This document shows, piece by piece, positions 1 through 10,362 of a DNA stretch of 64,000 bases. The translations under genes and the position numbers were made by a program. Under the pieces are notes generated by a model that saw only the letters and a list, made by a program, of their open reading frames with translations, made no database searches and was not told where the DNA came from. Position 1 is the stretch's first letter, and each line of letters begins with the position of its first letter. Source of the DNA: an uncultured Actinomycetes bacterium (GTDB lineage Bacteria; Actinomycetota; Thermoleophilia; RBG-16-64-13); NCBI GenBank assembly GCA_963816155.1, contig CAWFJE010000010.1, positions 302,486-366,485 of the forward strand. The letters are read 5' to 3'.

Positions 1-641
1 GACGGCCAGAGGCAGTTCGGTGTGTCGCCTCAGCCGGGCTAAGAAGGCGGGCAGGGCGGTGTTCAGTTCGGCCCGCGCCCCCGTGACTCCGGTGGTCGAC
101 ACGCAGTAGATGAAGCCCGAAGCGACCGCGGCTATACGGGCCAGTCTAGCCTCGGTGCTGGTCGGCGCCGCCAGGAAGATGAGGGCTACACCTCCCATCT
201 GGGCCGCGCCATGCAGTTGCGACGCTTCCTCAGGGGGTAGATCGGGCACCACCACGCCCAACACGCCCTGCTCACGGCAAGTCGCGAAGAAACGAGCGGG
301 ACCGAACGCGAGGATCGTGTTGAGGTAGCTGAGAAGGACTACCGACACCCCTTCGGCGGCGATCTGTCCGGCGACGTCGAGGACATCGCTGGGGCGCACG
401 CCCCCTCTCAGCGCCACCTGCGACGCGGCCTGTATGACTGGCCCGTCGGCAAGAGGATCCGAGAAGGGTATGCCCAACTCCACCAGTCGTGCTCCGGAAG
501 CCCTGTAGGCGCGCAGTATCTCCAGACAAGAGGCGGGATCGGGATAGCCGCCCACGGCATAGGGCATGAGCAGAGGCCCATCCGCCTCCCGAAAGAGCCG
601 CCCCAGCCCGTCGGCACCGGCGATCACGTGATCGAGCGCGC

Positions 642-645
<4 letters not shown>
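1..645 (-). CDS. trpA: tryptophan synthase alpha subunit (partial; C-terminus runs off the window start, about 215 aa visible)
   Basis: Minus-strand translation from GTG at 645 gives [37 protein letters not shown]...[19 protein letters not shown]...[13 protein letters not shown], which carries canonical TrpA motifs. The start overlaps the trpB stop (GTGA). It is absent from the ORF track because no stop codon lies inside the window. Confidence 0.85.
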
Positions 646-1820
<1,175 letters not shown>

Positions 1821-1841
1821 TGCCTCGATCCCTCCTGTGCT

Positions 1842-2675
1842 CTACCGGGGCTTGCTTTCGCCCCGGGCCTGCCGGACTTCGTCGATGTTCACCATCAGAG
1901 TCTTGAAGGCCTCTCTCTCCTTGATACCGGGAGCGCTTTCCACCCCACTCGACACATCCACCCCCCAGGCGCCGGACACATCCATAGCCTCGCGCACGTT
2001 GTCGGGACGGATGCCGCCGGCCAGAAGGAAGCGCCTGCCTGCCGCCGCTTCTCGCACCAGATCCCACGGCACCTGCCGTCCGGTACCCCCGGTGCAGCCC
2101 GCCACGCTTGCGTCGACGAGCGGGAGCGCATCCTGCTCGATGGCCTCTCGCAGCCGAAGGCGCAGAGCGGCTGCGTCGCCCTCGTCTTCGGCGACTCCGA
2201 CCGCCCGTATGATCAGGAGCTCGACCGGGAGCTTCCGGTCGTCTTCGCCTCCATCGTGGGCGAGGGTAGGGTCGGCGAGCCTGTGCGGAGGCGCCCATCC
2301 CCCCAGAGCCTCCTTGACCTCCGCGGGCGCAGGCCCGGAGGCGCCGTGCAGCTGGACGGCATCCAGACCCACGTGACGGACCACAGCCGCGATCTCCTCA
2401 GGACTCACTTCGCCGAAGACACCCACCGTGAGAGGACTACGGTCCGCGACCGTTCGGCGAGACCCCGCTGCATCGGCGCCGATGCCGGCGAGCGCCACTT
2501 CCTTTCGCGCCTGCTCCAGTAGCCGACGCGCGTCTCCCGGAGTCAGGCGACGGGCGCTGGGTGCGAAGATGAAGCCTACCGCCCACACGCCCGCCAAGCC
2601 GGCGAGGACCACATCCTCCACCCGGGTTAGACCGCAGAGCTTGACCACCGGTCCCCGCGGAAGACGGGCCTCCAC
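1842..2675 (-). CDS. trpF: phosphoribosylanthranilate isomerase (start uncertain; the ORF-track start at 2825 is probably an over-extension)
   Basis: ...VVKLCGLTRVEDV...VGFIFAPS...AVQLHG... is PRAI-like. Its position between trpC and trpB fits. The likely true start is a GTG around 2648-2675, which would not overlap the corA stop at 2750. Confidence 0.75.
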   Translation of the reverse strand: MEARLPRGPVVKLCGLTRVEDVVLAGLAGVWAVGFIFAPSARRLTPGDARRLLEQARKEVALAGIGADAAGSRRTVADRSPLTVGVFGEVSPEEIAAVVRHVGLDAVQLHGASGPAPAEVKEALGGWAPPHRLADPTLAHDGGEDDRKLPVELLIIRAVGVAEDEGDAAALRLRLREAIEQDALPLVDASVAGCTGGTGRQVPWDLVREAAAGRRFLLAGGIRPDNVREAMDVSGAWGVDVSSGVESAPGIKEREAFKTLMVNIDEVRQARGESKPR

Positions 2676-2749
2676 CGCGTCGGCCGGCACGGCGCCGAAG
2701 GACGCGGCCCGACTCCCCCAGCCGGTGCCCCTCTGCTCCGTGCTCGAGC

Positions 2750-3805
2750 TCACGTTCGCCTCCGGGTGTACACCAGCATCACCACCAGTGCCGCCGCCAG
2801 CATAAGGAACATGACCATGAACCACCAGCCGCTGCGGAAGGGCATGCCGGTGAAGTTGGTTCCGAACAGGCCGACGATGAAGGACAGCGGCATGAAGATG
2901 GTGGCGACGACCGTAAGCTGCTTCATCACCCCGTTGAGGCGCGTGGACACGCTGGTGAGATGGAGATCGAGCGCTGAAGACAGTATGTCGCGGTAGGTGT
3001 CCAACAGTTCGATGACGCGGACCACGTCGTCGTGCACATCCCTGAAGTAGACATCGGCTTCGGGTTCTACATACGGGACCCCATGAGTGCCTAGCCTCTG
3101 CATGACATCACGCAAAGGAGCCACGCGCCGGCGAAGTTCGACGAGTTCCCGCTTGAGTCCGAATAGTTCCTGGATGGGAGCCTGGCCACTGGCCAGCACA
3201 ACCTCATCCTCGAGCGAATCGATGCGATCATCCAGGTATTCCACCATGGGCTGCAGGCCTTCCACCAGCCACTCGCAGATGTGGTAGGTCATGAAGCTCG
3301 GCCCCCGCTCCCTCGACAACACCTGGCGTCGCATCCGTCCGGCCAACATCTCGTAGTCGTCGGCGTGGATGACACCGACGGAGATCAACCACCGAGGGCC
3401 CAAGAAGAGCCTGAGTTGACGCAGAAGGGGGAGTCGCAGATACCGAAGGGAGGAAGACGCTCCCGAGCCGAGGCTCTCCTTCCCGTTCGGATCCGGCTGG
3501 GCGGTCACCGCCGGTGAGAGCAGCGAGATATAGACGTGATCCGCGAACTCTTCCACTCGGGGGCGCTCGGGACCATCGCGGAGGCTCTTGACCACGATCT
3601 CGTCAAGACCCATGTCATCCAGCGCCTGCGCCACAGCGGGATCGGGGTCCGCGTGGACCCAGACGACAGGTCCCGTCGGATCGGAGAGGCTGGAAAGCAG
3701 CGACGGCAGCTCCGACAGGGTCACCTGCCAGTCTCTCTCGGCGGTCAGAGCTCGTATCCGTACATCCTTGCCTTCTCCTGCAAGAGCAACAACCTCGTCC
3801 ATCAC
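2750..3805 (-). CDS. corA: CorA-family divalent cation transporter with a variant G-T-N signature (GTNF in place of GMNF)
   Basis: 351 aa, with two C-terminal transmembrane helices and the motif ...FIVGLFGTNFTGMPF... at the position of the canonical YGMNF. The ATG overlaps the trpC stop (ATGA). Confidence 0.8.
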   Translation of the reverse strand: MMDEVVALAGEGKDVRIRALTAERDWQVTLSELPSLLSSLSDPTGPVVWVHADPDPAVAQALDDMGLDEIVVKSLRDGPERPRVEEFADHVYISLLSPAVTAQPDPNGKESLGSGASSSLRYLRLPLLRQLRLFLGPRWLISVGVIHADDYEMLAGRMRRQVLSRERGPSFMTYHICEWLVEGLQPMVEYLDDRIDSLEDEVVLASGQAPIQELFGLKRELVELRRRVAPLRDVMQRLGTHGVPYVEPEADVYFRDVHDDVVRVIELLDTYRDILSSALDLHLTSVSTRLNGVMKQLTVVATIFMPLSFIVGLFGTNFTGMPFRSGWWFMVMFLMLAAALVVMLVYTRRRT

Positions 3806-4716
3806 CCCTCCTCAGTCGGCCCAGGACCTTCCTCCAGTTTGTCCTCCGCATGGGACTCTCCCGCTACAAGCAGTTCTCGAGCCGCCGTCTCCACGTCGGG
3901 CTTCCGCAGCAGGCTCTCTCCCACCAGCACACCGTCCACACCGTAGGCTTCGAGCCGCTCCACGTCGGCTCGCGTGGCGATGCCGCTCTCCCCCACGAGC
4001 AATCGTCCGGGAGGCACGAGCGACGCGAGACGGACCGTCGTCTCCAGAGACACCTCGAACGTACGCAGATCGCGGTTGTTGACGCCGATGATCGCCGTCT
4101 CGACTGCAAGGGCCCGGCCGAGTTCGTCCCGATCGTGGACCTCCAGGAGCACGTCCAAGCCGAGAGACGCAGCCAGCGAAGCCAGGATCTCGAGCCGCCG
4201 GTCGGGCAACAGGCCCGCGATGAGGAGCACGGCCGAAGCACCGAAGACATCGGCTTCGTATATCTGGTACTCATCGACCACGAAGTCCTTGCGGAGCACG
4301 GGAAGCGACCCGGTGGAGACGGCCCGCTGGAGGTCGTCCAGACCGCCTCGAAAATGATCCTCTTCCGTGAGTACCGATATGGCGCGCGCGCCGCCGCGCT
4401 CGTAGGCCCCCACGATGTCGCTCACATCCAGCAGAGGCCGGATGGGTCCCTTGCTCGGCGACGCACGCTTGATCTCGGCGATGAGAGACATGCCGGGCGC
4501 TCGAATGGCCTCGACGAAGGATGCGCGGCTGGCAGGTCGCGGCAGACCTTCGAGGGTAGACAGCGGCAGAGCCAGCTTGCGCGCTTCGAGCCTTCCTATC
4601 ACCGACGGCACGATGCGGTCCAGATACGTGCCCGTTTCCCTGGAGAGGCCCGGGTCGGTTCCGCCCGCGTCGGTGCCACCCCCGCCCGACGCGCTCACGC
4701 TCCGTCCACCGCTCAT
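3802..4716 (-). CDS. trpC: indole-3-glycerol phosphate synthase
   Basis: ...LIAEIKRASPSKG...VLTEEDHFRGGLDDL...LRKDFVVDEYQIYEA...LLIAGLL... preceded by a low-complexity G/S-rich N-terminus. ATG at 4716 overlaps the trpD stop (ATGA). The track's longer ORF (4746) starts inside trpD. Confidence 0.85.
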   Translation of the reverse strand: MSGGRSVSASGGGGTDAGGTDPGLSRETGTYLDRIVPSVIGRLEARKLALPLSTLEGLPRPASRASFVEAIRAPGMSLIAEIKRASPSKGPIRPLLDVSDIVGAYERGGARAISVLTEEDHFRGGLDDLQRAVSTGSLPVLRKDFVVDEYQIYEADVFGASAVLLIAGLLPDRRLEILASLAASLGLDVLLEVHDRDELGRALAVETAIIGVNNRDLRTFEVSLETTVRLASLVPPGRLLVGESGIATRADVERLEAYGVDGVLVGESLLRKPDVETAARELLVAGESHAEDKLEEGPGPTEEG

Positions 4717-5826
4717 GACCGTCCCGCCGCCACTGCGTTGCTGCATTCCACCAAGCGGTGCAGAATGCGCGAGGCACTACCCGAATCAAGCGAGTGACGG
4801 GCCAACGCCACCCCGTCGGGGATGCCGGGCGCGGCACCGCCCACGTAGAGGGCGGCGCCGGCATTGAGGAGTACAGCCTCCCGAGGGCCGCCACCCGCTC
4901 CGGCCAAGACCTCGCTCGTGATAGCTGCGTTCCGGGCCGGCCCCTCTCCCGCCAGCGCGGCCAGAGGATGTGCGGACACGCCACATTCTTCGGGCGTGAG
5001 CGTGCGTGCCGGGCCCACCCCTTCCCGAGAGACTTCCAGGACCGTGCTAGGACCGACCACCGACAACTCGTCCATGCCTTCGGCGCCGCACACGAGGAGT
5101 GCGCGCTCGCAGCCGGTGCGTGCGAGCGCACCCGCCAGCACCTCCAAGTACTCCGGCACGCTCACGCCCACGAGCATGCGACCGGCGCCGGCGGGATTCG
5201 TGAGCGGACCCAGGAAGTTGAAGACCGTTCTGATGCCCAGCGCACGTCTGACCTGCCCCACCCGCATCATCGAGCTATGAAAGAGGGGGGCGAACATGAA
5301 GCCGATGCCCACTTTGTCGATACAAGAGGCCACTTCCTCCGGACCCAGATCGATGCGCACGCCCAGTTCTTGGAGCACGTCGGCCGAGCCGCAGCGCGAT
5401 GATGCCGCCCTGTTGCCGTGCTTGGCCACCTTGACACCGGCCCCGGCCACCACAAGAGCGGCGGTGGTAGAGATGTTGAACGTGCCTAGACCGTCCCCGC
5501 CGGTCCCGACTATGTCCACCAACGACTCCGGCGACCGAGTCTCCACCCGGACGGCCAGCGAGCGCATGACGTCGGCCAAGCCGGCGATCTCCTCGGCCGT
5601 CTCCCCTTTGCACCTCAAGCCCCATGAGGAAGGCGGCCGCCCGCGCTTCTCCGGCGCTGCCGTCCACTATCTCGCCGAGAGCCGCGGCCGCTTCCGCCCG
5701 GGTCAGGTCGTGTCCCTCAGCCAGGCGCTGCAGAACGGCGCCGAACAGACCCTCCTGTCCGGGCGGCCTCTCAGCGGGCCACGCCTGTCCGGGCGGCGCG
5801 ACGCCCGGTAGCCTCACTTCACTCAT
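4713..5826 (-). CDS. trpD: anthranilate phosphoribosyltransferase, split by an apparent +1 frameshift near 5616
   Basis: The N-terminal 70 aa (frame of 5826: ...LTRAEAAAALGEIVDGSAGEARAAAFLMGL) and the remainder (frame of 5618: RCKGETAEEIAGLADVMRSL...GTGGDG...) together make a canonical TrpD. They are separated by one extra nucleotide in CTTGAGG. ATG at 5826 overlaps the trpG stop. Confidence 0.8.
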
Positions 5827-6533
5827 GGCTTAGCCCCGCGGCGCTCCCCCGCATCGTCCCAGCGCGCGCCCCGACGGCTCAGGAAGTTGCACAAGAGGTC
5901 CTTGCCGACCACCGTGAGCAGACTCTCGGGGTGGAACTGCACTCCCTCGACCACGTACTCGCGGTGCCTGATGCCCATGACCACCCCGTCGACGGTCCAG
6001 GCGGAGCGTTCGAGCACCGGTGGCAGTTCCGGATGCACCACAAGCGAGTGGTAACGGGTGGCCAGGAAAGGATCGGGTAGGCCGGCGAAGATGCTGTGAC
6101 CATCGTGATAGATGAGGGAGGTCTTCCCGTGCACTGGAGCCTCGCCCCGCACCACCCGGCCACCATACACCTGGCCTATCGATTGATGGCCGAGACAGAC
6201 GCCCAAGATGGGGCAGAAGCCGGCCAGGAAGTGGATCGTGTCCAGGCTGATCCCGGCCTCGTTGGGAGTGCACGGACCGGGCGAGATGACCAGATGGGTG
6301 GGGTCTTCCTCACGGACCCCCTTGACCGTGATCTGGTCGTTCCGGAAGACGCGGATCTCCGCCCCTGATATCTCTCCCAGGTACTGCACCAGGTTGTACG
6401 TGAAAGAGTCGTAGTTGTCCACGACCAGGATGCGCAGGTCACTCAGGCCCGGGGTCGGGAACCGAGCTGGATCGGGGCCGGCCAAGCTCTGCTTCACATC
6501 GATGCGCGCGGAAGCTGTGGTCATCATCATCAT
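5823..6533 (-). CDS. trpG: anthranilate synthase component II (glutamine amidotransferase)
   Basis: ...LRILVVDNYDSFTYNLVQYL...GVCLGHQSIG...VQFHPES... is a class-I GATase triad region. There is a roughly 35-aa N-terminal extension. It starts 4 nt after the trpE stop. Confidence 0.9.
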   Translation of the reverse strand: MMMMTTASARIDVKQSLAGPDPARFPTPGLSDLRILVVDNYDSFTYNLVQYLGEISGAEIRVFRNDQITVKGVREEDPTHLVISPGPCTPNEAGISLDTIHFLAGFCPILGVCLGHQSIGQVYGGRVVRGEAPVHGKTSLIYHDGHSIFAGLPDPFLATRYHSLVVHPELPPVLERSAWTVDGVVMGIRHREYVVEGVQFHPESLLTVVGKDLLCNFLSRRGARWDDAGERRGAKP

Positions 6534-6536
6534 GGC

Positions 6537-8060
6537 TCACTCCCAATCCTCTTGGCTCGAGGCCACCTCAATGGCCCGGAAGAGCGCTCGGGCCTTGTTC
6601 TCTGTCTCCACGAACTCACTGGCGGGGTCGGAATCAGCGACGATACCGGCACCTGCCTGCACGTAGGCCCGACCGTCACGGACCAAGATGGTGCGGATGT
6701 AGATGCAGGAGTCCAACTCGCCCGAATAGCTCAGATAGCCTATGGCACCCGCGTACGGGCCCCTGCGGGTCGGCTCCAGTTCATCGATGATCTCCATGGC
6801 GCGCACTTTGGGAGCGCCCGACACCGTGCCGGCCGGGAAGACAGCCCGCAGCGCATCGGCAGCCGACACACCCTCGGAGAGCTCACCGGTGACCGACGAC
6901 ACCATATGCATCACGTGACTGTAGCGCTCGACCTCCATGAACTCGTTCGTACGCACGGTACCGGGACGGCAGACACGCCCGAGGTCGTTGCGGCCTAGGT
7001 CGACGAGCATGAGATGTTCGGCCCGCTCCTTCTCGTCCGCCAGCATCTCGGCAGCCAGCGCAGCGTCCTCTTCCGGGGTCGCTCCCCGGGGACGCGTTCC
7101 CGCGATGGGACGGGTCTCGGCCTTCCCTCCGACTACCGTCACCAGGGGCTCAGGACTGGAGCCCACGATCTCGAAGTCGCGGAACGACATGTAGTACATG
7201 TACGGACTGGGATTCACGGCGCGAAGGCCGCGGTAGATGGAGAAGCCGCTGGTGCCCACCGGGCGTTCGAAGCGCTGCGAAAGGACCACCTGGAAGGCAT
7301 CGCCCGCGTGGATGTACTCCCTGATCCGCTCGACGCCCTGCTCGAAACGCTGCCGCTCGAAGTTCGACCGCACCTCCGCGTGCACCGCCCTCTGCGAGCG
7401 ACCCAGGCTCCAACCCGGAGCGGGCAACGGCCCCCGTAGGCGGGCCTTGACCTCTGTCAGGCGGGCCACGGCCGCCGAATAGGCCCTGTCCAGGTCGGGC
7501 TCCTCGTCACAGAAGATGTTGGTGAGCAACATGATGGTGTGGCGGAGGTGGTCGAAGACGACGATGACATCGGTCAGAAGGAAGGCCATATCGGGCAAAC
7601 CCATGTCGTCGGGGGGCGCGTCCGGCAACCTCTCCACATGCCGAACACAGTCGTAACCGAAGTAGCCCACGGCGCCGCCTACGAACGGAGGCACGTCCTC
7701 CAGCGGCGGCACGCGATAGCGGCGGAGGTGGGCGGCCACGAAAGCAAAGGGGTCCCCCCCCTGCTCACCAAGGTCATAGTGCGTGTCGGCGCCACCGCGA
7801 CGCACGGTGACCGTGGTCCCCTTAAGGCGGATGCTCTCCCAGGCTTTGATGCCCAAGAAGGAGTAGCGGCCCAGACGCATGCCCTGCTCGGCACTCTCCA
7901 GCAGGAAGCAGCCAGCGGTCTGCCGCAACTTGAGAAAGGCCGAGACCGGCGTCTCGGTGTCGTCCAGAAAGCGGTGCACCAGGGGGATGACGTTATAGCT
8001 GTGGCTGAGCCCTCGCGCCTCTTCCAGCGAGGGCGCGATGGCGATACTGCCGGGTGTCAT
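6537..8060 (-). CDS. trpE: anthranilate synthase component I
   Basis: 507 aa with ...NVIPLVHRFLDDTETPVSAF... and ...SPEPLV...GTVSGAPKVRAMEII...RGPYAGAIGY... chorismate-binding-domain motifs. Confidence 0.95.
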   Translation of the reverse strand: MTPGSIAIAPSLEEARGLSHSYNVIPLVHRFLDDTETPVSAFLKLRQTAGCFLLESAEQGMRLGRYSFLGIKAWESIRLKGTTVTVRRGGADTHYDLGEQGGDPFAFVAAHLRRYRVPPLEDVPPFVGGAVGYFGYDCVRHVERLPDAPPDDMGLPDMAFLLTDVIVVFDHLRHTIMLLTNIFCDEEPDLDRAYSAAVARLTEVKARLRGPLPAPGWSLGRSQRAVHAEVRSNFERQRFEQGVERIREYIHAGDAFQVVLSQRFERPVGTSGFSIYRGLRAVNPSPYMYYMSFRDFEIVGSSPEPLVTVVGGKAETRPIAGTRPRGATPEEDAALAAEMLADEKERAEHLMLVDLGRNDLGRVCRPGTVRTNEFMEVERYSHVMHMVSSVTGELSEGVSAADALRAVFPAGTVSGAPKVRAMEIIDELEPTRRGPYAGAIGYLSYSGELDSCIYIRTILVRDGRAYVQAGAGIVADSDPASEFVETENKARALFRAIEVASSQEDWE

Positions 8061-8066
8061 GGCCGC

Positions 8067-8438
8067 CTACCCTTCTCGACGCGCGAGGAAGGGAGGCTGC
8101 TCTCCGGCCGGCGGACTGAGCCATCGACGGTCGAAGCAGGTGAAATCCCCTGTGTGGCAGGCGACGCCCGTCTGTTCCACGAGGGCGAGCAGGGTGTCGC
8201 AGTCGCAGTCGTAGCGCAACTCGCGGACCTTCTGCAGGTGCCCCGAGGTGGCTCCCTTGTTCCAGAGTTCCTGCCGCGAGCGGCTGTAGAACCATGTGAA
8301 ACCGGTCTCGAGAGTCTTGCCGAGCGACTCCTCGTTCATGTAGGCGAGCATGAGGACCTCTCCGCTCGTCCACTCTTGGACGATGCACGGTATGAGCCCT
8401 TGGGAATCGAACTTCACACAGGAAGGATCAGAGGCCAT
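8067..8438 (-). CDS. hisI: phosphoribosyl-AMP cyclohydrolase
   Basis: ...[33 protein letters not shown]...[17 protein letters not shown]...CDCDTLL...CHTG... is the HisI signature. The likely start is the ATG at 8438 (MASDPSC...); the track ORF extends to a TTG at 8543. It lies directly upstream of trpE. Confidence 0.85.
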   Translation of the reverse strand: MASDPSCVKFDSQGLIPCIVQEWTSGEVLMLAYMNEESLGKTLETGFTWFYSRSRQELWNKGATSGHLQKVRELRYDCDCDTLLALVEQTGVACHTGDFTCFDRRWLSPPAGEQPPFLARREG

Positions 8439-8581
8439 GGTCTCTGCGGGAGCGGCCGTCTGATCTTGCGGCTTGTCAGCTTGTGGTTGCACGTTGTCCC
8501 CTTCGTGGTCAGTTCCCAGTCGACTGGTGTGAGATCGCACCAAACGTAGCCCGGCGGCGAGGCCACCCGGCTGCTGGAGGC

Positions 8582-8603
8582 GCCCCTCGCGCTAGCGAGG
8601 GGC
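8582..8603 (-). promoter_or_regulatory. perfect 9-bp stem / 4-nt loop hairpin (GCCCCTCGC-GCTA-GCGAGGGGC) abutting the leader-ORF stop; candidate attenuator element
   Basis: The inverted repeat is seen directly in the sequence. The stop codon 8603-8605 overlaps the first stem nucleotide. Confidence 0.35.
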
Positions 8604-8725
8604 TAGAACCACGAGTGCTGCCTGTGGGCGGCGGCGGGGGGCAGAAGATGGGCCCAGTAATGGGCGACGCGGGCGCGAAGCTCACGCCTGCCCGTCTCGT
8701 CACCGTATCTCCTGTGGCCGCTCAT
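8603..8725 (-). CDS. candidate leader peptide, about 40 aa (MSGHRRYGDETGRRELRARVAHYWAHLLPPAAAHRQHSWF)
   Basis: GGAGA lies 9 nt before the third of three consecutive ATGs. The peptide is His/Trp-containing near its C-terminus. Its TAG stop directly abuts a perfect hairpin, and it sits about 165 nt upstream of hisI-trpE. Confidence 0.3.
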   Translation of the reverse strand: MSGHRRYGDETGRRELRARVAHYWAHLLPPAAAHRQHSWF

Positions 8726-8926
8726 CTTCATCATTCTCCATGACCATGCACTGCGTCTGGGCAGCAGACCCGGTAGGTCCGGCCGCTGATCGAGAGGGTA
8801 TGATACACGGTCGGGAAGTACATGAGAAGGACCCGAGGGGACCGACGCGCCACGCCGCAGACCACCGCCTGCGGGCGGTGCCACCGGCCGGCGCTTCACC
8901 GATGCCTCAGCTGATGGGCGAACGGA

Positions 8927-10192
8927 GTGAGCATGGACAACACTGCCGAGATGATCTTTACGGGCGACGAGTTGCTGCGCGGAGAGACGGTCAACACCAA
9001 CCAGGCCTTCCTCGGCGAGAGACTGCTCGAGCTGGGAGTCTTCCCCGCGCGCTCCGTCACCGTGAGGGACGACCTGGCTGAGATCGTGGCGACCATCCGC
9101 GAGGGCCTGGCGCGCAGACCACTTGTGCTCATCCTGTCCGGCGGGCTCGGCCCCACCGAGGACGACCTCACCCGAGAAGCCGTCTCCACGGCGCTCGGGC
9201 GCCCGCTAGAGCACCACGAAGAGCTTCTGGACGAGATCCGCCGCCGCTTCGCGGCCCTTGAATACGTCATGACGGACAGCAACCTCAAACAGGCCCAACT
9301 CCCCCGCGGTGCAGCCGCCATCCCCATCTCCGGGACCGCCCCCGGCTTCACCATCGACGAGGGCAGCACGCTGGTGGTGGCGCTCCCCGGCGTCCCCTGG
9401 GAACTCAAAGAGATGTGGGCGGGCACCTTGGAACCCCTCCTGCGCACCCGTCTCCTGGCCCTGGGCTCGTCTGGGCATGTGGTGCGCCGCGTGAGGACGT
9501 TCGGCATAGGTGAATCGCTGGTGGCCGACCTCCTTTCCGAACTAGAGTGGAGAGACGGTCCGGTCGAGATCGGCACCAGGGCGCATCCGGAGAGCCTCTT
9601 CATCATCCTGCGCGCTGTGGATTCCCCCGAAGGGCTGCGAGAGCTGGAAGTGGTGCAGTCCAGGGTGTGCGAACTACTGGGCGAGAAGGTGCTCGGCATA
9701 GACTCCCCCGGGCTCCCCGAGATAGTCGGTGGCCTGCTGGCCCGGGCGGGGCTCAAAGTGGCCACGGCGGAATCGTGCACCGGAGGCCTGGCCGCCAAGT
9801 ACCTCACCGACGTCCCCGGTAGCAGCGAGTATTTCGTGGGTGGCGTGGTGGCCTACGACAACGACGTGAAGACCAGACTCCTGGGCGTCGACGAGAACAC
9901 TCTCACCACCCACGGAGCCGTGAGCCACCAAGTGGCCGAACAGATGGCGCTCGGCGCGATCCGGGCCTTCGACGCCGGATGTGCGCTTTCGACCACGGGC
10001 GTCGCCGGGCCCGCAGGGGGCACGGAGGAGAAGCCGGTGGGTCTCGTCTACATCGGTACCGTCGTTGAGGGGATCGCGCGGGTCGAGCGCATGCGCCTGT
10101 TCGGGCGACGCGGACAGATCCGGGAGCGCGCGGCTCTGAGCGCGCTCGACCAACTCCGGCGCCGCCTGCTCCAGGAGGCTGCTGAACAATGA
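8927..10192 (+). CDS. cinA: CinA-family competence/damage-inducible protein (MoeA-like N-terminal domain plus nicotinamide-nucleotide amidase domain)
   Basis: 421 aa with ...VLILSGGLGPTEDDLTREAV... and a C-terminal ...ATAESCTGGLAAKYLTDVPGSS...VVAYDNDVK... CinA_C motif. Confidence 0.9.
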   Translation: MSMDNTAEMIFTGDELLRGETVNTNQAFLGERLLELGVFPARSVTVRDDLAEIVATIREGLARRPLVLILSGGLGPTEDDLTREAVSTALGRPLEHHEELLDEIRRRFAALEYVMTDSNLKQAQLPRGAAAIPISGTAPGFTIDEGSTLVVALPGVPWELKEMWAGTLEPLLRTRLLALGSSGHVVRRVRTFGIGESLVADLLSELEWRDGPVEIGTRAHPESLFIILRAVDSPEGLRELEVVQSRVCELLGEKVLGIDSPGLPEIVGGLLARAGLKVATAESCTGGLAAKYLTDVPGSSEYFVGGVVAYDNDVKTRLLGVDENTLTTHGAVSHQVAEQMALGAIRAFDAGCALSTTGVAGPAGGTEEKPVGLVYIGTVVEGIARVERMRLFGRRGQIRERAALSALDQLRRRLLQEAAEQ

Positions 10193-10362
10193 CGCTTCGC
10201 CGCATGAGTGCGCCTGCCGCGGGCGAGACAAGGAGGCAGGAAGCGCGAATAGCAGCGCTATTCGCGCGACCGACGACGAAGTATCGCCCCGGAAGGTGCG
10301 CCCAGGCGGCCAAGGCTTCGCTTTTCAGCAGCCTGCCAGGCCCGCTCGGCCGCTGCCCAGGA

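Noticed and set aside
8603-8899. 98-aa version of the ORF upstream of hisI (MKRRPVAPPAGGGLRRG...).
   Set aside because: Only the last about 40 codons have a plausible ribosome-binding site and start. The upstream part is Arg/Pro-rich junk overlapping the divergent promoter region, so only the short leader-like ORF is retained.
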